A stretch of DNA of 40,052 nucleotides, from NCBI RefSeq assembly GCF_001194135.2, contig NC_068984.1, positions 121,040,976 to 121,081,027 of the forward strand, read 5' to 3'. This DNA is from Octopus bimaculoides. Its lineage: Eukaryota. The notes under the pieces were generated by a model. The model did not search any database. It saw nothing but the letters and a program-made list of their open reading frames with translations, and was not told where the DNA came from. The position numbers were made by a program, and so were the translations under genes. Below are positions 21,419 to 34,501 of the stretch, in pieces (within the stretch, counting starts at the first letter, position 1; every line of letters begins with the position of its first letter).

Positions 21419-23778
21419 TACAGATCAGTATGAATTTGATGTGTGGTGTGTTTACTCTGCATGCAGAAGGTGCTTGAGTGCAGAATGTTAAAAAAAAAAG
21501 AAATAAAGAAATAAGAAATTGGCGTTAATGGAGGTGACAGCAAGTTGGTCGTTGATGTATAGGCGGATGAGTGTGGTAGACAAAACTTAACTTTGGAGGA
21601 CAAATATGAAGGTGAGTGATTCAGAGAAAGAGAGACAGACAGACAGACAGACAGAGATAAAAAGACAGACAGACAGACAGTTAGACAAACAGACAGAGAG
21701 ATAAGGCAGACAGAGAGATAAGACAGATAGACAGACAAAGATCAGCAGGCACTGCTTAACCTGAACAAACAGTGTTACCCAATAGTACCGTGATGTTGAT
21801 AATGTTTTTGAAAGTTTCAACAAGCACATTCATTTCCTGACTCTCGATATGAATAAGCTACATAACTTACTAACGCGCGAACCAATTAACTCCAGCAAGT
21901 AAAAATATATAACCCACTAAGCCTATACAAGCTCAGTGAGCGTCTTATTAAACTGTACTCACTGCCTATGTTTAACCTAAAACTGTGAAAAATCATAGAC
22001 AAACTCTGAAGTGAGGAGTCCTCACATAACCAACAACATTAGGTTACCATTCAAAAAGTTATTGCACATCACCCAACTTTGTTTGTGAGTTTATACATTA
22101 AGAAGTAGAGAGAGAGAGAGAGAACTTCTATCATCGATGGGTTCTGATTGATAGAAATTCTATTGCTGTGCACCTAAAACTTAACGCAAAAAAAGAAAGA
22201 TAAACACTCTCTACTTTATTTATAGAAACAAAGCAAACAAAAATATAGGCGTTTCTTACATTTGTTTCCTCTTCTATCAATGGTACAGTCTCAGTTCCAT
22301 CAATATGCATTCATACAATAATGATGTCATCCCCCAAAATATAACAGTTACCTATACAAAGTTGAAGTAGTCTTGAATTGTTCACACGTACCCTATTACA
22401 AAATTCGTCCAATGCATTCATTTTATTATTGAATTTTTTTTTTTTGTCTAGTAACAGAAACATCAAATAGTTCCAAGGCATATTTTCTGTCAATCGCCAA
22501 TATTCTGACTAATATATCACACGCAGTTTCAGTCCATTCTTATTATATCATTTATATAATCATCTCAAACTTGAAAATCTTGAATGTTTTACAGAATGAG
22601 AAGTAGCTGATCAACTTTTTTCTGAACACGCTTATTTGCAAAAGCTCAGAATTTTATGATGTTAATAGGATAATCATGTTAAGAAAGATCTTTGCTCACT
22701 TCATTGTTAATAACAGAAAACCACCCCCACTGAATACTATTTAGGAAATCGTGAAAATGACAACGCCACTAAGAGCTTAGATTCCACGAAGTCTAACAAA
22801 GCTATGAAGTTGTGGGAGAAAAATAATTCTTATACCGGGTTAAAATGCTACGCTGTATCGGTCGAATCTAACGAAGTAAGCACCACATTCCAGAATCACT
22901 AACCGCAGTAGCCAGCAACAGCGCTATAAAATGTATGCTTCGTCAGCACAGTGGTTCGAATTATCTCCTTGACTTGAGACAAAACTCATAAACGAAACAG
23001 AATAAATGTCAGTCCTCTCGTGCAATGACACGACTACTGTACACAACTGCAACGGGTGTTGTTCTCTAGAATTCAAACGATAATTCGGAGCATCTGTTTC
23101 CCGTTATATGTTTATTTTTGTAACACATAAATATCAAGCAAATAGCATGAAAAATCGAACTGATTCGTCATTGGTCCATATGCGGGGTAAACTAAGCAGC
23201 TTCATTCAATATAATATTGCATCAGGCAACATCCTCGTTATATTTTACAAAATTTGACTTCGCAAGGCTCTTGTCACACGATAGGACGCTGTCGTAAATA
23301 AATATGGCACTGATCCCAAAACAGCTCCAGCGCTTTAGTTGGCCTTCTAAAGAAAGAAAGAAAGAAAGAAGGAAAGAAAGAAAGAAAGAAAGAAAGAAAG
23401 AAAAAGAGAAAGAAAGAAAGAATGAAAGAAAGAACTGATACTATCTTAAAGCTAAAAAGCAGAAGACATGATGCCAATCTATATCGGTGCAACAGCTAAG
23501 TTTCCAAGATTTAAAGCCGTTTCAGAACATTTTATGATGGGTTGTTGTGTCAGCACGAGAGACTCTGCCTTCATTCTTCATAGAGTGTGTCGATTATGGA
23601 TGAGTATCTTCAGTACGAGGAAATAGTGAATTAGTATGATTCAATATATATATATATACATATATACGGCAAGTTTCTTCAGTTGGAATTTAGAATCAAA
23701 TACGTAATCATGTGTGTCTTTATGTGGCCAATCTCATTGCATGAAGATTTGTGTGTTTTTATCCTAGTATGGGATGGG

Positions 23779-23965
23779 GTGGGGGCTGAAGAGTTCCTAA
23801 CCTGGTTGAAGGCCCAAACTTCCGAGTTATTTTACAGGACTTACAAAAATTTAAGGACCGCTGCAATAAGTGCGTGAATCTGAGAGGGGAAAATGTTGAG
23901 TAAATTCTCCGGTGTATTCTTTTACCCAAAGCCAGGAACTTTATAGCATACTTCTTATCTTTATA
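23779..23965 (-). mobile_element. Second, decayed copy of the same mariner-derived MITE
   Basis: gaaggcccaaacttccgagttattttacaggacttacaaaaatttaaggaccgctg is the reverse complement of the core at about 31686-31742. Confidence 0.72.
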
Positions 23966-24029
23966 CACCTCGTATAGCATACCTCGTATCTTTATACATA
24001 CATATGTTTATACTAATAAATATCCAAAG

Positions 24030-24550
24030 ATGTAATTATTATAAGTTCAACTTCTTGAATATTTTACATATTTTCACAGTTCCATTAATGGCTTGTAACT
24101 GTATTTTTGTAATTAACTGTGACACTTCTTGCTTTGTGAAGCCCAGCTTCTGAAGGCTGGTACTATGACAATTAGTTTCATTGCCACGGCCCTCAATAAT
24201 CACAGGTATAAACCTCAGGCCATAGCACAAATGGTGCGTTTTTAGTTCCGTATTAATGTTTTATTAATTTTGTTATATTTTCAACAATATCGTAACGTAT
24301 GCTGGATAAAATGGATAAGTAATTTCTAATCATTATATTTAGTCCGTTTTCCCGACATTTTACAAAGGTTTTGAAAAACAATATCTCCCTTATATTCCAT
24401 CATATTTGGGGTTAATACGTCTTCTATATCCCTGTATGTTGTTATAATATTATTATTATTTTTATCTTCAGAAATATCCTTGCAATGGACTTCCTTGTAT
24501 AAAGGCCACGACGTCATTACTCATAAGTAGATAGTATCGTAATGACGTCA
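24030..24550 (-). mobile_element. 3' remnant of a restriction-like-endonuclease LINE (R4/Dong-like)
   Basis: Minus-strand YYLLMSNDVVA, LYKEVHCKDISEDK and RFIPVII...LQKLGFTKQE...LITKIQLQAINGTVKICKIFKK resemble the C-terminus of REL-type non-LTR elements. Confidence 0.68.
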
Positions 24551-24629
24551 TATGTCTATGATTGAACTATATTGAGAGTGTGTGTGTGTGTGTGTGTTTA
24601 TCATAAGTTTACAGGTGTCCGACAAATAG

Positions 24630-24790
24630 CTATAATCGATTGACTCGAGTCTAAAACCTTTATGAATGTACTTATTTTATTGATCGACCTTATAAAGATG
24701 AAAAGCGAAGTCATCTCAGAGGTATTTGAATTCAGAACGTAAAGAGACGATATTAATTATTGCGAAACCTTTAGCATTTAATCCAGCGTG
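24630..24790 (-). mobile_element. Decayed SINE family A fragment
   Basis: gatgaaaagcgaagtcatctcagaggtatttgaattcagaacgtaaaga matches the family core. Confidence 0.6.
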
Positions 24791-25144
24791 ATATATATAT
24801 ATATATATATANNNNNNNNNNNNNNNNNNNNNNNNNNNNNNNNNNNNNNNNNNNNNNNNNNNNNNNNNNNNNNNNNNNNNNNNNNNNNNNNNNNNNNNNN
24901 NNNNNNNNNNNNNNNNNNNNNNNNNNNNNNNNNNNNNNNNNNNNNNNNNNNNNNNNNNNNNNNNNNNNNNNNNNNNNNNNNNNNNNNNNNNNNNNNNNNN
25001 NNNNNNNNNNNNNNNNNNNNNNNNNNNNNNNNNNNNNNNNNNNNNNNNNNNNNNNNNNNNNNNNNNNNNNNNNNNNNNNNNNNNNNNNNNNNNNNNNNNT
25101 ATATATATATAACACCGTACTACCATATATGTATGTGTATTTAC

Positions 25145-25177
<33 letters not shown>

Positions 25178-26010
25178 TATATATATGTATGTATATATGC
25201 ACACACATGCATACATACACACAATCGCTCACATGTAAAAATCGAGCAATATATCTGATTGTAAGCGTACGTGAATATATATATTCATACACACATATGC
25301 ATATATATGTGTGCATGGATATGCACTATGAAATATAAGTTTTACGTTTTGTTTTATCAAAACGTTCATCTATGAATCTCAAGGTAAGAAGTAATCAAAA
25401 TTGTTAAGCTACAATCTTTTAGCTCTCCATGGGCAGAAAAAGGGATTTAGGGATATCAATACGACGATTTTTGACTCGTGTTGCACCTTCATTAGAGAAA
25501 AAAATAACCCAGATTCTCTCAACGGAGAGATCAAAACTTATAGCTATTTCTAATGCACAGACATTCGGACTCAGCTATATCGATAAAATTAATTTGGATT
25601 AAAGTGTATGCGCAAACAATGTGGGCTAATTAATTCCTCCATAGAGCGCTATACAGCATTTGATCTCAAAACGTTGTCTTGTCCGGAAAGTAGGTGTAGT
25701 GCACTATCTATCTATGAATTCAATTCCATGCTGTAAATGCAGGCATTGTTATACAAATTTGATTGACCTGTGTGAATATGCATATCGTAGAAATAGCTAT
25801 ATGCTATTAGTTTCTCCCGAGACGGATGATGGGTATCCTCTCTCCGAAGATAGCCTAAGAAGATAAGATACTAATCAGATCCATAACTGATTAACACTCG
25901 TAAAACCGCTTTGTTTATTTTTTCACAACACGGTTAAAATTTTAAATAACTTTAAAAATGTAAAAATTTATATATGAAATTATCCAAATACACTTGCTCA
26001 CAATGATTTA

Positions 26011-26047
<37 letters not shown>

Positions 26048-26875
26048 ATCAGATATATAGCTCGTTATTAATATGTGAGTGCTTGGGTGTATGTATGCAT
26101 GTCTGTGCAAATATATATATATATATATATATANNNNNNNNNNNNNNNNNNNNNNNNNNNNNNNNNNNNNNNNNNNNNNNNNNNNNNNNNNNNNNNNNNN
26201 NNNNNNNNNNNNNNNNNNNNNNNNNNNNNNNNNNNNNNNNNNNNNNNNNNNNNNNNNNNNNNNNNNNNNNNNNNNNNNNNNNNNNNNNNNNNNNNNNNNN
26301 NNNNNNNNNNNNNNNNNNNNNNNNNNNNNNNNNNNNNNNNNNNNNNNNNNNNNNNNNNNNNNNNNNNNNNNNNNNNNNNNNNNNNNNNNNNNNNNNNNNN
26401 NNNNNNNNNNNNNNNNNNNNNNNNNNNNNNNNNNNNNNNNNNNNNNNNNNNNNNNNNNNNNNNNNNNNNNNNNNNNNNNNNNNNNNNNNNNNNNNNNNNN
26501 NNNNNNNNNNNNNNNNNNNNNNNNNNNNNNNNNNNNNNNNNNNNNNNNNNNNNNNNNNNNNNNNNNNNNNNNNNNNNNNNNNNNNNNNNNNNNNNNNNNN
26601 NNNNNNNNNNNNNNNNNNNNNNNNNNNNNNNNNNNNNNNNNNNNNNNNNNNNNNNNNNNNNNNNNNNNNNNNNNNNNNNNNNNNNNNNNNNNNNNNNNNN
26701 NNNNNNNNNNNNNNNNNNNNNNNNNNNNNNNNNNNNNNNNNNNNNNNNNNNNNNNNNNNNNNNNNNNNNNNNNNNNNNNNNNNNNNNNNNNNNNNNNNNN
26801 NNNNNNNNNNNNNNNNNNNNNNNNNNNNNNNNNNNNNNNNNNNNNNNNNNNNNNNNNNNNNNNNNNNNNNNATTC

Positions 26876-27178
26876 TTATTTCTTTACTGCCCACAAGGGG
26901 CTAAACATAGAGGGGACAAACAAGGACAGACAAAGGGATTAAGTCGATTACATCGACTCCAGTGCGTAACTGGTACTTAATTTATCGACCCCGAAAGGAT
27001 GAAAGGGAAAGTCGACCTAGGCGGAATTTGAACTCAGAACGTAACGGCAGACGAAATACCGCAAAGACTTTCGCCCGACACGCTAACGTTTCTGCCAGCT
27101 CGCCGCCTTATTCAACACAGACGAAATGTCGCTGAGCATTTTGCTCGACGTGCTGACGATTCTGCCTGCTCACCGTCT
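26876..27178 (-). mobile_element. SINE family A copy with an alternative tail, plus an extra head fragment
   Basis: Well-preserved core and head at 26935-27108. Tail ctttactgcccacaaggggctaaacatagaggggacaaacaaggacagac differs from the other copies. Second head at about 27113-27178. Confidence 0.85.
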
Positions 27179-27589
27179 TACACACGTCAAAATATTATCA
27201 CGTGGCTGTTGATACGGAGACTTATAATAATCGAAATATTTAGGCAGTAATGCCTACGTAAATTTCACTACATTAAACCGAATCGGCATGTGACTGTTGA
27301 CGTGGAAGTCTAACAGTGGCAATAAAACCTACAAAACTTCGACCACTATATAATAAGCAATACAAAAGTTCCCTGATTATCGCAGTCTCATCCCGAAGAT
27401 AAGACTGGGAAGGTTTGGAAACTCTTAATATGGATGTGGGAACTTTATTGTTTCAAATTAACTGCCGAAGTCTGATACGAAAACAATGAAAGTATATAAT
27501 AAAAGAAGTTAGAATTGGAACACTGACGTATTTTAATGCTACATGTATTAAAGAAAAGCCGTTCCCCATGTATACATTCACACACGCGC

Positions 27590-27620
<31 letters not shown>

Positions 27621-28444
27621 TGCATGCATGTATGTATTTATATGTATACACAGGTATATAGATATGTACAGGCATATATGTACGTACATAGATACATACA
27701 CATATATTACTCGCATCCTCACATAAATAGGCACACCTACATACAAATTTGTGTGTGTGTGTGTGTACGTACATGCATGCATATAATGAAACCTATATAC
27801 TGATATCCAAAACACATGCGTAAAATTTACTCTTATACAACTTCACTTTCTCGTTTTTTTTTCCCCGTTACTCTGCAGCTCGCAGTTTGCTTTTTATATA
27901 TTATTTACTTTCGTTTCCTTAAACCTGTCAACCTACTCTCTCGCTCTCCCTCTTTCTGTCTCTCTCTTCCTCCTCCCCATTCTCTTCCACTTCCGCTTTT
28001 CCCCGTACTTCCTCTCCCCTATATTTCATATGTTTCCATTTTATTTCTTTAAATCATTCGCTTCTCTTTTTCACTCTCAAGTGTTGCCAATTTTTATCAG
28101 TAATTTTACGACCTTAAACCTCTTAATATAGATTTAAGCTTCAGAATCGTAGACATTATTTAAGTGTGATAATATTTTTTTTTTTTTGATGTTAAATGTC
28201 AAGATTGATGCTGTAATATCCACTCATTCTTCTTTTGATATAATTATTCTGTTTTGCTCTTCTTTTAAGTTTCTCACTATGGGTCATGTTTACGTTATTT
28301 TGTTGGGTTTTTTACTCACCGTGGATCTAATTACTTCTTTTTTATAATTTTATTCGTAAATGGCACTTGTAAATGTCACGTATAAGAGTACAAGCGAAAC
28401 GAAGATTTCGGAGAACCGATTGTAAAAGGTTGTATGTTGTCGAG

Positions 28445-28498
<54 letters not shown>

Positions 28499-28797
28499 NN
28501 NNNNNNNNNNNNNNNNNNNNNNNNNNNNNNNNNNNNNNNNNNNNNNNNNNNNNNNNNNNNNNNNNNNNNNNNNNNNNNNNNNNNNNNNNNNNNNNNNNNN
28601 NNNNNNNNNNNNNNNNNNNNNNNNNNNNNNNNNNNNNNNNNNNNNNNNNNNNNNNNNNNNNNNNNNNNNNNNNNNNNNNNNNNNNNNNNNNNNNNNNNNN
28701 NNNNNNNNNNNNNNNNNNNNNNNNNNNNNNNNNNNNNNNNNNNNNNNNNNNNNNNNNACATACATGTACATATATATGCATATACTCATATATTATT

Positions 28798-28911
<114 letters not shown>

Positions 28912-29346
28912 TGAAAGAAGAAAATAAAATGGAGATTAGGAAGTAAATATTTACATTTTTTTACCGAAAAGGCTTCTCTCATATCTTTTCTAATTAAAAA
29001 TATGGCCAAATTCGGTCCGGACAGTTATTGTCTTTAGGCTTATAGCGTTCCAAACAGCCATAATATCAAAATCACTTTTTAATTTTTTTTACAAAAATAA
29101 TACCGGTATATTAAAAAATTTTCATTTAATAAATAATGTTTTTACATTACGTATGTAGAATTTGCTATTTTCCAAATAGCAAATAAAAACTTGAAATGAA
29201 AACACTGAAATAGTGAGTGAAAGACTTTGCAAATAAAAACGGAATACTCTGCAGTGAATGTAACGAATATTTAAATTTGTGAAAAATTGGAGTTCAAAAA
29301 TTCAATAAAGTTCAGAAATCGAAATTATAGGAAATTTCTTGGAACA

Positions 29347-29715
29347 TGAATTTCTAAAAAGTATCCAGACTGTCAATCCTTTAATGATTGCTTTCAGGCG
29401 TTTCCATGGTGGCCCAAACAATGTCGATATTGACGAACGTTCTGAGAGACCCGCAACCAACAGGTATCGCCAAGCTTTTGGCAAAATTTGATGCAGATTC
29501 TCTGCTCAACTTTCTCTGTCATGATGAATGCGACGATCACACGATACGCACCTTCCTTCCAAACAATGCGGTAAACATCAGAAGTGAGCTGGGACATTAA
29601 AACGTAGTGCGCATATACAACAGAGTTCAAAGTCAATCTGTATCAAGCGGCTTCACTCTGCGTGCTTTAGCTTCGTTACTATGCAGCAGTCCGGCTACTT
29701 ATTGACCAGACTACG
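29347..29715 (-). mobile_element. Internally deleted mariner element
   Basis: Minus-strand MTEKVEQRICIKFCQKLGDT is a mariner transposase N-terminus. Inverted ends aaaaagtatccagactg and cagtccggctacttattgaccagactacg+TA. Confidence 0.85.
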
Positions 29716-29717
29716 TA

Positions 29718-29765
<48 letters not shown>

Positions 29766-30103
29766 TGTGTCTGTGTCTGTGTCTGTGTCTGTGTGTGTGT
29801 CTGTGTGTGTGTGTGTGTGTGGCTAGTCAAGTGCACATCTTAATTTGTACAATGATTAGACATATCTTTCCTGAAGTGCTACTTGAAATATTTAACGCTT
29901 TCAAATCTATAGCCATCAGCTATGATATAGAATGAAGACGGAATTAATAAACAAGAATTATTCCACACAAAACAGATATAAGAAATTCCTTATTACATTC
30001 TGGAACAGTGCCTAATTTCAACGAGTTTTACTTCTTTTCTTATCTTATCTGTCGGACTATTAAAGGAAGATTTGCTCAGCTAACTAGCCTTATATAGCAG
30101 GGA

Positions 30104-30537
30104 CTATCTTTTATCCTTTACTTGTTTCAGTCATTGGACTGCAACCATGTTGGAACATCGCCTTCAAGCGTTTAGTCGAACACTCGGCCCTTGTTTTTAT
30201 TTCTTAAGTTTCGTATTCATTTTATTGCCGCTTTTAGCTGAACCGCAAAATTAAGGGGAAGTAAACAAACCAACGTAAGTCGTTAAGCGGTGAGGGGAAA
30301 ACATAAGCACGAACACATACAACGTATATATATGTATGTTTGTATGTATGTGTATATATATATGTGGGAAGGGGATACACGACGATTTTCCATATAGTTT
30401 CCGTCTGCTAAATTTACTCACAAGACGTTGGGAAGCTCTGGGATCTGGTAGAAAACACGCCCAAAGTGCAGCGCAGTGGGATTGAACCCGAAACTATATG
30501 ATTGCAAAGTGAGCTTCTTAACCTTACAGCCATGCCA
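30104..30537 (-). mobile_element. SINE family B, full-length and decayed
   Basis: Same head, microsatellite and tail order as the 19834-20192 copy. Confidence 0.78.
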
Positions 30538-30767
30538 GCGGCATACATACTACGGGCGTAAAGAAAGAATGCCTCAGTCATTAAAGGTTATCGCCCCAAA
30601 TCAACTTACTTTACAAGGCTAGTTTAAGATTTCTAAGTTCCCTGAACCAAGAGGGTATATTAGAGGATACACAAGTGTCATTTAAGAGCACATCTCAGCT
30701 TGCACGAAACTAAGGTAAATCGATCCTATATAAAGCTACATACTTAAAGTAGCCATCCTCTTTAAAA

Positions 30768-30990
30768 GACTGCGTGGCTTAGTGGTTAGGGTGTTGGGTC
30801 TATGATCGTAAGACTGTGATTCCGATTCCTGGACCGGGTGACTCATTTCATTCTTGAGTAAAAACATTTCATTTCACGTTGCTCCAGCCCACTCAGCTGG
30901 CAACAGTGAGTAATCCTGCGACGGGCCGGTGTTCTATCCTTGTGGGGATTTTATACGCCATGAGACCGGGAAATCAGTCCTTACAAGTTG
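30768..30990 (+). mobile_element. tRNA-derived SINE family C
   Basis: Box A-like TGGCTTAGTGG and box B-like gattccgattcc, then ttcttgagtaaaaacatttcatttcacgttgctccagcccactcagctggc. Confidence 0.75.
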
Positions 30991-31577
30991 GCATCACTGG
31001 AGAAGGTAACTTTACTTTTACTTTACATGATAGCGACGTGTCATTTGATGGAGATTTGGTTGTTATTTCTAGCAGCTAGAAAAGTAACGTAGAAACTCCA
31101 TCGTTGTCTGCTCCAGTGCCTTGTTTTTGATGCTTAACTGTAGATCAGGCTTGATCTACTGTGACCATCGCACACTTTCCAGTGTACGTGGTATGAGACA
31201 CCATAGTATCCAAAGTATTCTTTTTTTAAGACGGTATGTTGGAATTTGAGGGCGATTTGGGTTTTATTTCTTGAAATTGGGTCACTCTCAAAGGTTTCTT
31301 CGTTAGATTATTCAGTGCTTCAGCCAGAAACTGTGGCGTGATATAAATTTATTAATCTTCAGTAGGTCTGGTGACACCTCAACCCTCTAACCATCTGATG
31401 AGTCTTTAACTATTTGGCTGTCCAAAGCATTTTCATAAGCTTGTCCTAAACTTCTATGCTTCTTTTCAGACTTTTAGTTAGTCTTTGTTCCATACCGTTC
31501 GAGTAGTTTAAAGCATTCCTTTCAAAAGGTCCAGGTTATTCTGGTAGTTGAAAAACAATGGATATGTGTATCATATA

Positions 31578-31792
31578 CGAGGGTGTACCGAAAAGTTCCT
31601 GGCTTTGAGTAAAAGAAAATACAGGAGGGTCAGTTACTTATGATTTTATTTAACATGTTACCCTCCCAAATCCACTCACTTTTTACAGCGGTCCTTCAGT
31701 TTTTGTAAGTCCTGTAAAAGAACTCGGACGTTTGGGCCTTCAGCCAGGCCTTCCGCGAACCTTAAAACCAGGAACTTTTCAGCACCCCTTCC
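31578..31792 (+). mobile_element. Mariner-derived MITE
   Basis: TA-cgagggtgtaccgaaaagttcctggcttt ... aaaaccaggaacttttcagcacccctt, inverted ends with TA flanks. Confidence 0.78.
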
Positions 31793-32245
31793 TATGACGC
31801 ATGGACGCTTGGGAAATATCTCTTGTGCATTACATGTCCTACGCAGGACAGGAAAAGTTTTAAGCTGCTGTTGTTGTTCTTTCTCACAGTTTCTTTCACA
31901 TCACTAAATTGACATTCGAAATCCAGTAGATGTATTCCTCACCAGCTTTATGATGTACTCCACATCTCCACTGACGGAGACTGAAGTAGCCAGACAGTTC
32001 AACTCTAAGCGGTCTATGTCTTATGTGGGACGGCTACCTGATATGCTGAACATATTGGGAATTAAAGATATCCACACTGCTGCAGGACAACCACTGTTCT
32101 ACCATACCTGAACTTCAGCTTCTTTGTATATTTCCATTGCTATCTGGTTAGTTGATAGAAACTAAGAAGTGTTTCACCGGGGTCCCTAACAAGGACTACC
32201 GTTGGGAGAGTACTCTGATCCCTAGATTTCTCTTTCTGCCTCTCT

Positions 32246-32279
<34 letters not shown>

Positions 32280-33019
32280 NNNNNNNNNNNNNNNNNNNNN
32301 NNNNNNNNNNNNNNNNNNNNNNNNNNNNNNNNNNNNNNNNNNNNNNNNNNNNNNNNNNNNNNNNNNNNNNNNNNNNNNNNNNNNNNNNNNNNNNNNNNNN
32401 NNNNNNNNNNNNNNNNNNNNNNNNNNNNNNNNNNNNNNNNNNNNNNNNNNNNNNNNNNNNNNNNNNNNNNNNNNNNNNNNNNNNNNNNNNNNNNNNNNNN
32501 NNNNNNNNNNNNNNNNNNNNNNNNNNNNNNNNNNNNNNNNNNNNNNNNNNNNNNNNNNNNNNNNNNNNNNNNNNNNNNNNNNNNNNNNNNNNNNNNNNNN
32601 NNNNNNNNNNNNNNNNNNNNNNNNNNNNNNNNNNNNNNNNNNNNNNNNNNNNNNNNNNNNNNNNNNNNNNNNNNNNNNNATATCTATAATAAATAGTTTA
32701 GGTTGGTGAATAACATGAAGTGAATTCAGCAGTAAGGAAAAGGTTCAATAGTTTTATATAGCTTTACAACCTTCAATTTCTTCAGATTTTATCTTTAGTT
32801 GTTAAAGCTATCGCACGACCAAGGTCATGCAGAAGTGTTCCTTCGTGATGCCAACGTATTCTCTTCTCTTCTGAGAAGAGAATTGGCGTGTGTGCGTGTG
32901 TGTGTGTGAGCGTGTGTGCGTGTGAGAGTGGGGGGGGGCGTGCGGGCGCGGGCGCGTTTGTGTACGTGTGGTTAGGGTTAGGCCAGTATCGATAAACGAA
33001 ATGTGTAAAACTGATTAAT

Positions 33020-33130
33020 TATCATGTTATTGATACGTAATTTAATCGATCCTGGCAGAATTCGAACTCAAAACGTATGTTAGACGTAATTGAATGCTGT
33101 AATGTATTATATTTAATCTAATGCTCCAGA
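33020..33130 (-). mobile_element. Decayed SINE family A fragment
   Basis: tttaatcgatcctggcagaattcgaactcaaaacgta matches the box B region. Confidence 0.45.
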
Positions 33131-33363
33131 GTGTGCGCTTAAGCTCCACCCTTTCGTAAGTAAATATGGATTACTGACCTTGGCACAAAATCAAACCAAA
33201 TCTTTTACTGGTGAGAATATTGGGTGACGTTTATTTATTTCACATATTATGTTTGTATATTTCTGCTCTATCTACATGCCTATATATATACAAACACATG
33301 TGTGTATGCGTATGTGTGTGTCTATATACATATGCATACACACACACACTCATCCACACATAT

Positions 33364-33396
<33 letters not shown>

Positions 33397-34458
33397 TATA
33401 TATATATACAGTAGTGTGTCGATAAGCCAGCTGGAGGAGATGTCCTCCTGGGGCTAAAAGCAACAGTAACATCCACCCTTAGGGGTCAGCCACACTTAAG
33501 TGGCAATATACTTCACTTTATCGTGCAGTTACTGTTAATACTTCATTTAGAGAATTAACATTGCTTATATATATATATATATATNNNNNNNNNNNNNNNN
33601 NNNNNNNNNNNNNNNNNNNNNNNNNNNNNNNNNNNNNNNNNNNNNNNNNNNNNNNNNNNNNNNNNNNNNNNNNNNNNNNNNNNNNNNNNNNNNNNNNNNN
33701 NNNNNNNNNNNNNNNNNNNNNNNNNNNNNNNNNNNNNNNNNNNNNNNNNNNNNNNNNNNNNNNNNNNNNNNNNNNNNNNNNNNNNNNNNNNNNNNNNNNN
33801 NNNNNNNNNNNNNNNNNNNNNNNNNNNNNNNNNNNNNNNNNNNNNNNNNNNNNNNNNNNNNNNNNNNNNNNNNNNNNNNNNNNNNNNNNNNNNNNNNNNN
33901 NNNNNNNNNNNNNNNNNNNNNNNNNNNNNNNNNNNNNNNNNNNNNNNNNNNNNNNNNNNNNNNNNNNNNNNNNNNNNNNNNNNNNNNNNNNNNNNNNNNN
34001 NNNNNNNNNNNNNNNNNNNNNNNNNNNNNNNNNNNNNNNNNNNNNNNNNNNNNNNNNNNNNNNNNNNNNNNNNNNNNNNNNNNNNNNNNNNNNNNNNNNN
34101 NNNNNNNNNNNNNNNNNNNNNNNNNNNNNNNNNNNNNNNNNNNNNNNNNNNNNNNNNNNNNNNNNNNNNNNNNNNNNNNNNNNNNNNNNNNNNNNNNNNN
34201 NNNNNNNNNNNNNNNNNNNNNNNNNNNNNNNNNNNNNNNNNNNNNNNNNNNNNNNNNNNNNNNNNNNNNNNNNNNNNNNNNNNNNNNNNNNNNNNNNNNN
34301 NNNNNNNNNNNNNNNNNNNNNNNNNNNNNNNNNNNNNNNNNNNNNNNNNNNNNNNNNNNNNNNNNNNNNNNNNNNNNNNNNNNNNNNNNNNNNNNNNNNN
34401 NNNNNNNNNNNNNNNNNNNAAAAAAAAAAAAAAAAAAAACATCGCAAAACGTTTGGGG

Positions 34459-34501
<43 letters not shown>

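Noticed and set aside
22752-22764. gaaaatgacaac, identical to the sequence around the PP1-like start codon
   Set aside because: Only 12 bp, and the ORF closes after 7 codons (MTTPLRA*).
22270-22970. Minus-strand exon-like blocks (MHIDGTETVPLIEEETN|gtaaga and EIIRTTVLTKHTFYSAVAGYC|gttagt) as a nested gene
   Set aside because: They cannot be chained into a consistent model, no homology is recognised, and such short open blocks are expected by chance.
30768-30845. tRNA-like sequence
   Set aside because: It is the degenerate head of a SINE, followed by SINE body, and does not form a clean cloverleaf. The same applies to all family A and B heads.
31250-32230. Possible decayed LINE or an exon-bearing segment split by the mariner MITE
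   Set aside because: No frame gave a motif I could recognise; left unannotated.
32970-32981. GTTAGGGTTAGG telomere-like motif
   Set aside because: Only two units.
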